Assembly: GCA_963663165.1 (NCBI GenBank)
Contig: OY760175.1
Coordinates: 2,848,001-2,912,000 of the forward strand
DNA: 64,000 nucleotides
DNA from: an uncultured Desulfospira sp.
GTDB lineage: Bacteria > Desulfobacterota > Desulfobacteria > Desulfobacterales > Desulfobacteraceae
Direction: 5' to 3'
Part shown: positions 60,555 through 64,000 of the stretch, piece by piece
How positions within the stretch are numbered: position 1 is the first letter of the stretch
Layout of the letters: every line of letters starts with the position of its first letter
Program-made: the position numbers and the translations under genes
Notes under the pieces: model-generated
What the model saw: the letters and a program-made list of their open reading frames with translations, nothing else
The model's database searches: none
Told to the model about the DNA's origin: nothing

Positions 60555-60933
60555 ATCCCCGCCGGGGAAATTGTGTGACGACTTGACCTGAAGAGCCGCA
60601 GAACTGACAATATGGTTTGATTGGAAGGCCCTGAATCTGAAACAAAATCCACAATATTATTGTCCTACACCAAGCAGGCAGCACTGTGGAAGCTGTATCA
60701 TCCATGTTTTTTGTCTCTTGAATTTTTTTTCGATGCCGACGCCGGTTCTCGGCTTCCCGATGCCGTCTTTTCCCCTTCTCGGTCTGGCGGTATCGTCGCT
60801 GTGCTTCTCTTTTGTTTCTGAGGATTCCGGCCTTACGGCAGTCCCTGCAACAATAGGCCTGCCCTCTCCAGCAGAACCTGCAAACAAAAAATACGAAATG
60901 GCACCATCGGCATGTATTTGGAATTAAAAGCAT
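60547..60933 (-). CDS. Cys-rich, basic putative Zn-finger protein
   Basis: CRWC..VCRFCWRGQAYCCRDC, Arg-rich helix, CQFC; stop overlaps the next ATG. Confidence 0.75.
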   Translation of the reverse strand: MLLIPNTCRWCHFVFFVCRFCWRGQAYCCRDCRKAGILRNKREAQRRYRQTEKGKRRHREAENRRRHRKKIQETKNMDDTASTVLPAWCRTIILWILFQIQGLPIKPYCQFCGSSGQVVTQFPRRGYG

Positions 60934-60984
60934 TTTAGATTTTTCCGGTATTGCAGATAACCGGAAAATGATATAGAAATATAA

Positions 60985-61060
60985 CTGTGTGTGTGGGCTT
61001 CTCCGGCTATCGACGGGAGTTCACAATCAAAGCCCGGAGGGGCTACTCCGGGCTTTTTCT
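60985..61060 (+). ncRNA. putative small antisense RNA (hairpin plus intrinsic terminator)
   Basis: Promoter-like TTGCAG...TGATATAGA (60951-60977); hairpin tgtgggcttc..gggagttcaca; terminator agcccggag-gggcta-ctccgggct-tttt. Confidence 0.45.
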
Positions 61061-61455
61061 ATGCATATGATTTGGAATTATACGAATAAAATGAAAGATT
61101 TGAAAAATCTTTTTGAATAAAAATGAATAAAACTCACAACATAATCAAACACGCTACATAATTGGAGAATAACTTTAATTCCCATTTTAGAGGTGTTGAC
61201 ATTTTTTCTAATTAGTTACGAAAAAGGGTCAAATCTACTATTGGCCCTTAGCTGTTTTTTGTGCATTTGTTGGTAAATTTTATATATAAAAAACGGAACC
61301 CGGAAGAAAGGAGACCGGATCGCGCATCCTGAGGGGCTTTGCATTCCGGTCTCCCGTATCCGGTTTCCCGCCTCCTTTTTAATATGAGTTGATCTCACTT
61401 AAAATCCGGTCTATTAAAACAGATGCACGACTTTAACAGCAACTCAAGGAGAACC

Positions 61456-62838
61456 ATGGTTTACGATGTAATCATAGTGGGCGGAGGGCCGGCCGGCCTT
61501 TTTGCCGCCTGTTATCTGCTGGAACATTCAAACTTGAAAGTCCTTCTCATCGAAAAGGGAAGAGACTCTCTGAAACGAAAATGTCCCAACCACAACCTGC
61601 AAAAGTGTACCCAGTGCAAGCCGTGCAATATTCTTTCGGGAATCGGCGGGGCAGGCCTGTATTCAGACGGAAAGCTCAACTTTATCCCCCGGCTCGGCAA
61701 AACAGATCTGACCCAGTTTATGTCCCTGAATGCCGCCCAGAAACTCATTGATGAAACCGAAGCCCTGTTTACCCGGTTCAAGATGGACGGCCCTGTCTTT
61801 CCCACCGACATGGACCAGGCCAGACAGATCAGAAAAGAGGCCAAGCGGTTCGGCATTGACCTGCTGCTGATCCGGCAAAAACACCTGGGATCGGACAATC
61901 TGCCCGGCTACATTGCCGGCATGGCCGATTACCTCAAAGACAAAGGTCTTGAGATTAAATTAAAGGAAGAGGTGATCGACATCCTTGAGTCGGATAAACA
62001 GATCAACGGGGTAATCACAAAAGAAGGGGAGTACCGGGCCCGCAACGTGATCCTGGCTCCAGGCAGGATCGGTGCCAACTGGATGGCCACCGTGGCCCAG
62101 CGCCACGGCATCGGCTTAAGCCAGCGGGGCATTGAAGTCGGCGTCCGGGTGGAGGTCCACAACGATATCATGGATGACCTTTGCAACGTGATTTACGACC
62201 CCACCTTTTTTATCCAGACCCCGACCTATGACGACCAGACCAGAACCTTCTGCACCAACCAGGGCGGGTTTATCTCCCTTGAAAACTACAGTGACTTTGT
62301 CTGTGTCAACGGCCATGCCTATACCGGAAAAAAATCAGACAATACCAATTTTGCCTTTTTGTCCAAAGTGGTGCTGACCGAGCCGGTCACGGACAACCAG
62401 GCCTATGGGGAATCCATTGGCCGGCTGGCCTCCATCATCGGCGGGGGCAAGCCCATTCTCCAGCGGTTCGGGGACCTGAAACGGGGACGACGGTCTACCT
62501 GGAACCGGATTTCCAAAGGGTATATTGAACCGACCATGACCAATGTGGTCTGCGGGGACATTGCCATGGCCCTGCCCGAAAGAATTCTGTCCAACCTGAT
62601 TGAGGGGCTGGAAGGCCTGAACTGTGTGGTGCCCGGGGTGGCCAATGATGAAACCCTGCTCTATGCACCGGAAATCAAGTTTTTTGCCACCCAGGTGGAA
62701 ACCTCCAACCACCTGGAAACACAAATCAAGGGCATGTATGTGGCCGGGGACGGCCCGGGGGTGGCCGGCAATATCGTATCTGCGGCAGCTACGGGGTTGA
62801 TACCGGCCAAGCGGATTATTGAGACAGCCAGTGTTTGA
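61456..62838 (+). CDS. FAD-dependent oxidoreductase (COG2509-like)
   Basis: YDVIIVGGGPAG, GGAGLYSDGKL, GVRVE, RTFCTNQGG, LYAPEIKF, VAGDGPG; ATG after AGGAG. Confidence 0.87.
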   Translation: MVYDVIIVGGGPAGLFAACYLLEHSNLKVLLIEKGRDSLKRKCPNHNLQKCTQCKPCNILSGIGGAGLYSDGKLNFIPRLGKTDLTQFMSLNAAQKLIDETEALFTRFKMDGPVFPTDMDQARQIRKEAKRFGIDLLLIRQKHLGSDNLPGYIAGMADYLKDKGLEIKLKEEVIDILESDKQINGVITKEGEYRARNVILAPGRIGANWMATVAQRHGIGLSQRGIEVGVRVEVHNDIMDDLCNVIYDPTFFIQTPTYDDQTRTFCTNQGGFISLENYSDFVCVNGHAYTGKKSDNTNFAFLSKVVLTEPVTDNQAYGESIGRLASIIGGGKPILQRFGDLKRGRRSTWNRISKGYIEPTMTNVVCGDIAMALPERILSNLIEGLEGLNCVVPGVANDETLLYAPEIKFFATQVETSNHLETQIKGMYVAGDGPGVAGNIVSAAATGLIPAKRIIETASV

Positions 62839-62892
62839 ACGATAAATCACCCATTTTCTGCGCCTTGCATATGGGCAATTTCTCGTCCAAAC
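62831..62892. repeat. family A palindromic element, internally deleted copy
   Basis: gtgtttgaacga..cacccat | tgcgccttgcatatgggcaatttctcgtccaaaca; contains the upstream gene's TGA. Confidence 0.8.
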
Positions 62893-62923
62893 AAGAGTTT
62901 ATTTCAAAAGACAGGTTTTCGTA

Positions 62924-63319
62924 CTATTCAGGGTAATAGATGGCGCAGGCATCATCAGACTCCCAGGCCATGACCCGGGAGACGGTGACTTTTTCGGCAA
63001 TTTTTTCGTTTTCTCCCTGATCCAGCAGGGCCTGGACCTGTTGGGCAATATAGACGGCTATCCGCTCGGAAGTGGGCTGTTTTCCTTCAAACACATCCAG
63101 TTCATTTAAGAACTTATGGTCCAGCTGATCATCCACCACCCGGCGGACCGCTTTTTTGATGTCTCCAAAATCTGCCAGCACACCGGCCGAATTGAGTTCT
63201 TTTCCCTTTACACAGACTTCCACGTGCCAGTTGTGTCCGTGAAGGTTCTCACATTTCTGCCCCACCATGGTCAGTTGATGGGCACCTGCAAACCGGGTTT
63301 TCACCTTGAGTTCAAACAT
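62924..63319 (-). CDS. queD: 6-carboxytetrahydropterin synthase
   Basis: FAGAHQL, KCENLHGHNW, LDHKFLN, PTSERIA, WESD. Confidence 0.93.
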   Translation of the reverse strand: MFELKVKTRFAGAHQLTMVGQKCENLHGHNWHVEVCVKGKELNSAGVLADFGDIKKAVRRVVDDQLDHKFLNELDVFEGKQPTSERIAVYIAQQVQALLDQGENEKIAEKVTVSRVMAWESDDACAIYYPE

Positions 63320-63349
63320 GTATATCCGCCTATAACCCTGAGACCGGGT

Positions 63350-64000
63350 TTAAAGATTCTTAAACAGGTTCTTTAACTTATTGGAAATTTTATTGGAGTC
63401 CAGCTTGTCAAACTCCGTCAGCAGGTCTTTTTGCTTCTGGCTGAGCTTGGTCGGGGTTTTAAGGATCACTTTGATCACCTGATCCCCCCGCCGGCCGCTT
63501 CGCAGGGAGGCTATCCCCTGCTCTTTTAACCGGAAACTGTCCCCATACTGGGTACCGGCCGGGATCTGGAATTTTTCTTCTCCCACCAGGGTGGGAATGG
63601 TGATCTCATCGCCTAAGGCCGCCTGGACAAAGGAAATATCAATGGCGCAGATCACATCCGTGCCGTCCCTTTGGAAGAATTTGTGGGGTTTGACATTAAT
63701 AACCACATACAGGTCGCCGGGCTGGCCCTGGGGGGTCGGCGGGCCTTCGCCTTCACCGGTCAGCCGGAGTTTGGAGCCCACATCCACCCCGGCTGGAATC
63801 TTGACCTGAACCTTGCGGGTGACTTCCATTCGTCCCCTGCCCCGGCATTTGGGACAGGGATTGGCAATGATGGTGCCCTGGCCTTTGCAGTAGGGGCAGG
63901 TGGTTTTGACCTTAAAGAACCCCTGGCTCTGGATGAACTGTCCGGTACCGTGGCAATGGGAACAGGTTTCCGGGGTGCTGCCTTCCCGGGCCCCGGAACC
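63350..64000 (-). CDS. dnaJ: chaperone DnaJ, 3' part (runs off window end)
   Basis: CSHCHGTG, CPYCKGQG, CPKCRGRG repeats; VKIPAGVD, GDLYV, QAALG. Confidence 0.95.
   Translation of the reverse strand, partial: GSGAREGSTPETCSHCHGTGQFIQSQGFFKVKTTCPYCKGQGTIIANPCPKCRGRGRMEVTRKVQVKIPAGVDVGSKLRLTGEGEGPPTPQGQPGDLYVVINVKPHKFFQRDGTDVICAIDISFVQAALGDEITIPTLVGEEKFQIPAGTQYGDSFRLKEQGIASLRSGRRGDQVIKVILKTPTKLSQKQKDLLTEFDKLDSNKISNKLKNLFKNL

Larger units (their letters stand above)
57044..61161 (-). mobile_element. RIT-type element (three tyrosine recombinases) with two upstream accessory ORFs
   Basis: Ends TTATGTTGCG (57044) and CGCTACATAA (61152-61161), inner CTCACAACATAA (61133-61144), flanking TTGGAG direct repeat, five overlapping ORFs. 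Confidence 0.88.

Overview
64 kb of bacterial chromosome; gene content and repeat types suggest a Desulfobacterales-like sulfate reducer (inference). Layout: (i) 1-13 kb, core metabolism: mce, sucCD, Wolinella-type frdCAB, class I fumarase, mntP behind a probable yybP-ykoY leader, and a VOC/lipoprotein pair. (ii) 13.1-34.3 kb, a mosaic island with five PEP-CTERM/VPxP-CTERM surface-protein genes, shattered regulator genes, IS91-family remnants with repeated ori-like ends, REP-like hairpins and a 380 bp duplication. It also carries two giant paralogous ATPase-GAF-HisKA_3 kinases flanking a NarL-type regulator, followed by a phased TCAG-N5-CTGA array in front of three PEP-CTERM genes. (iii) 34.3-36.7 kb, methyltransferase-efpL-lysE bracketed by a 49 bp inverted repeat. 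(iv) 36.8-56.7 kb, a sigma54-type transglutaminase / circularly permuted ATP-grasp / alpha-E peptide-ligase system split by about 10 kb holding AbiE, an internally deleted RND pump, MaoC, CDF and YchJ. (v) 57.0-61.2 kb, a complete RIT-type three-tyrosine-recombinase element with two extra coupled ORFs, dif-like ends, a 6 bp direct repeat and a putative antisense RNA. (vi) FAD oxidoreductase, queD and partial dnaJ. No rRNA, tRNA or CRISPR array was seen. All calls come from reading the sequence; no searches were run.
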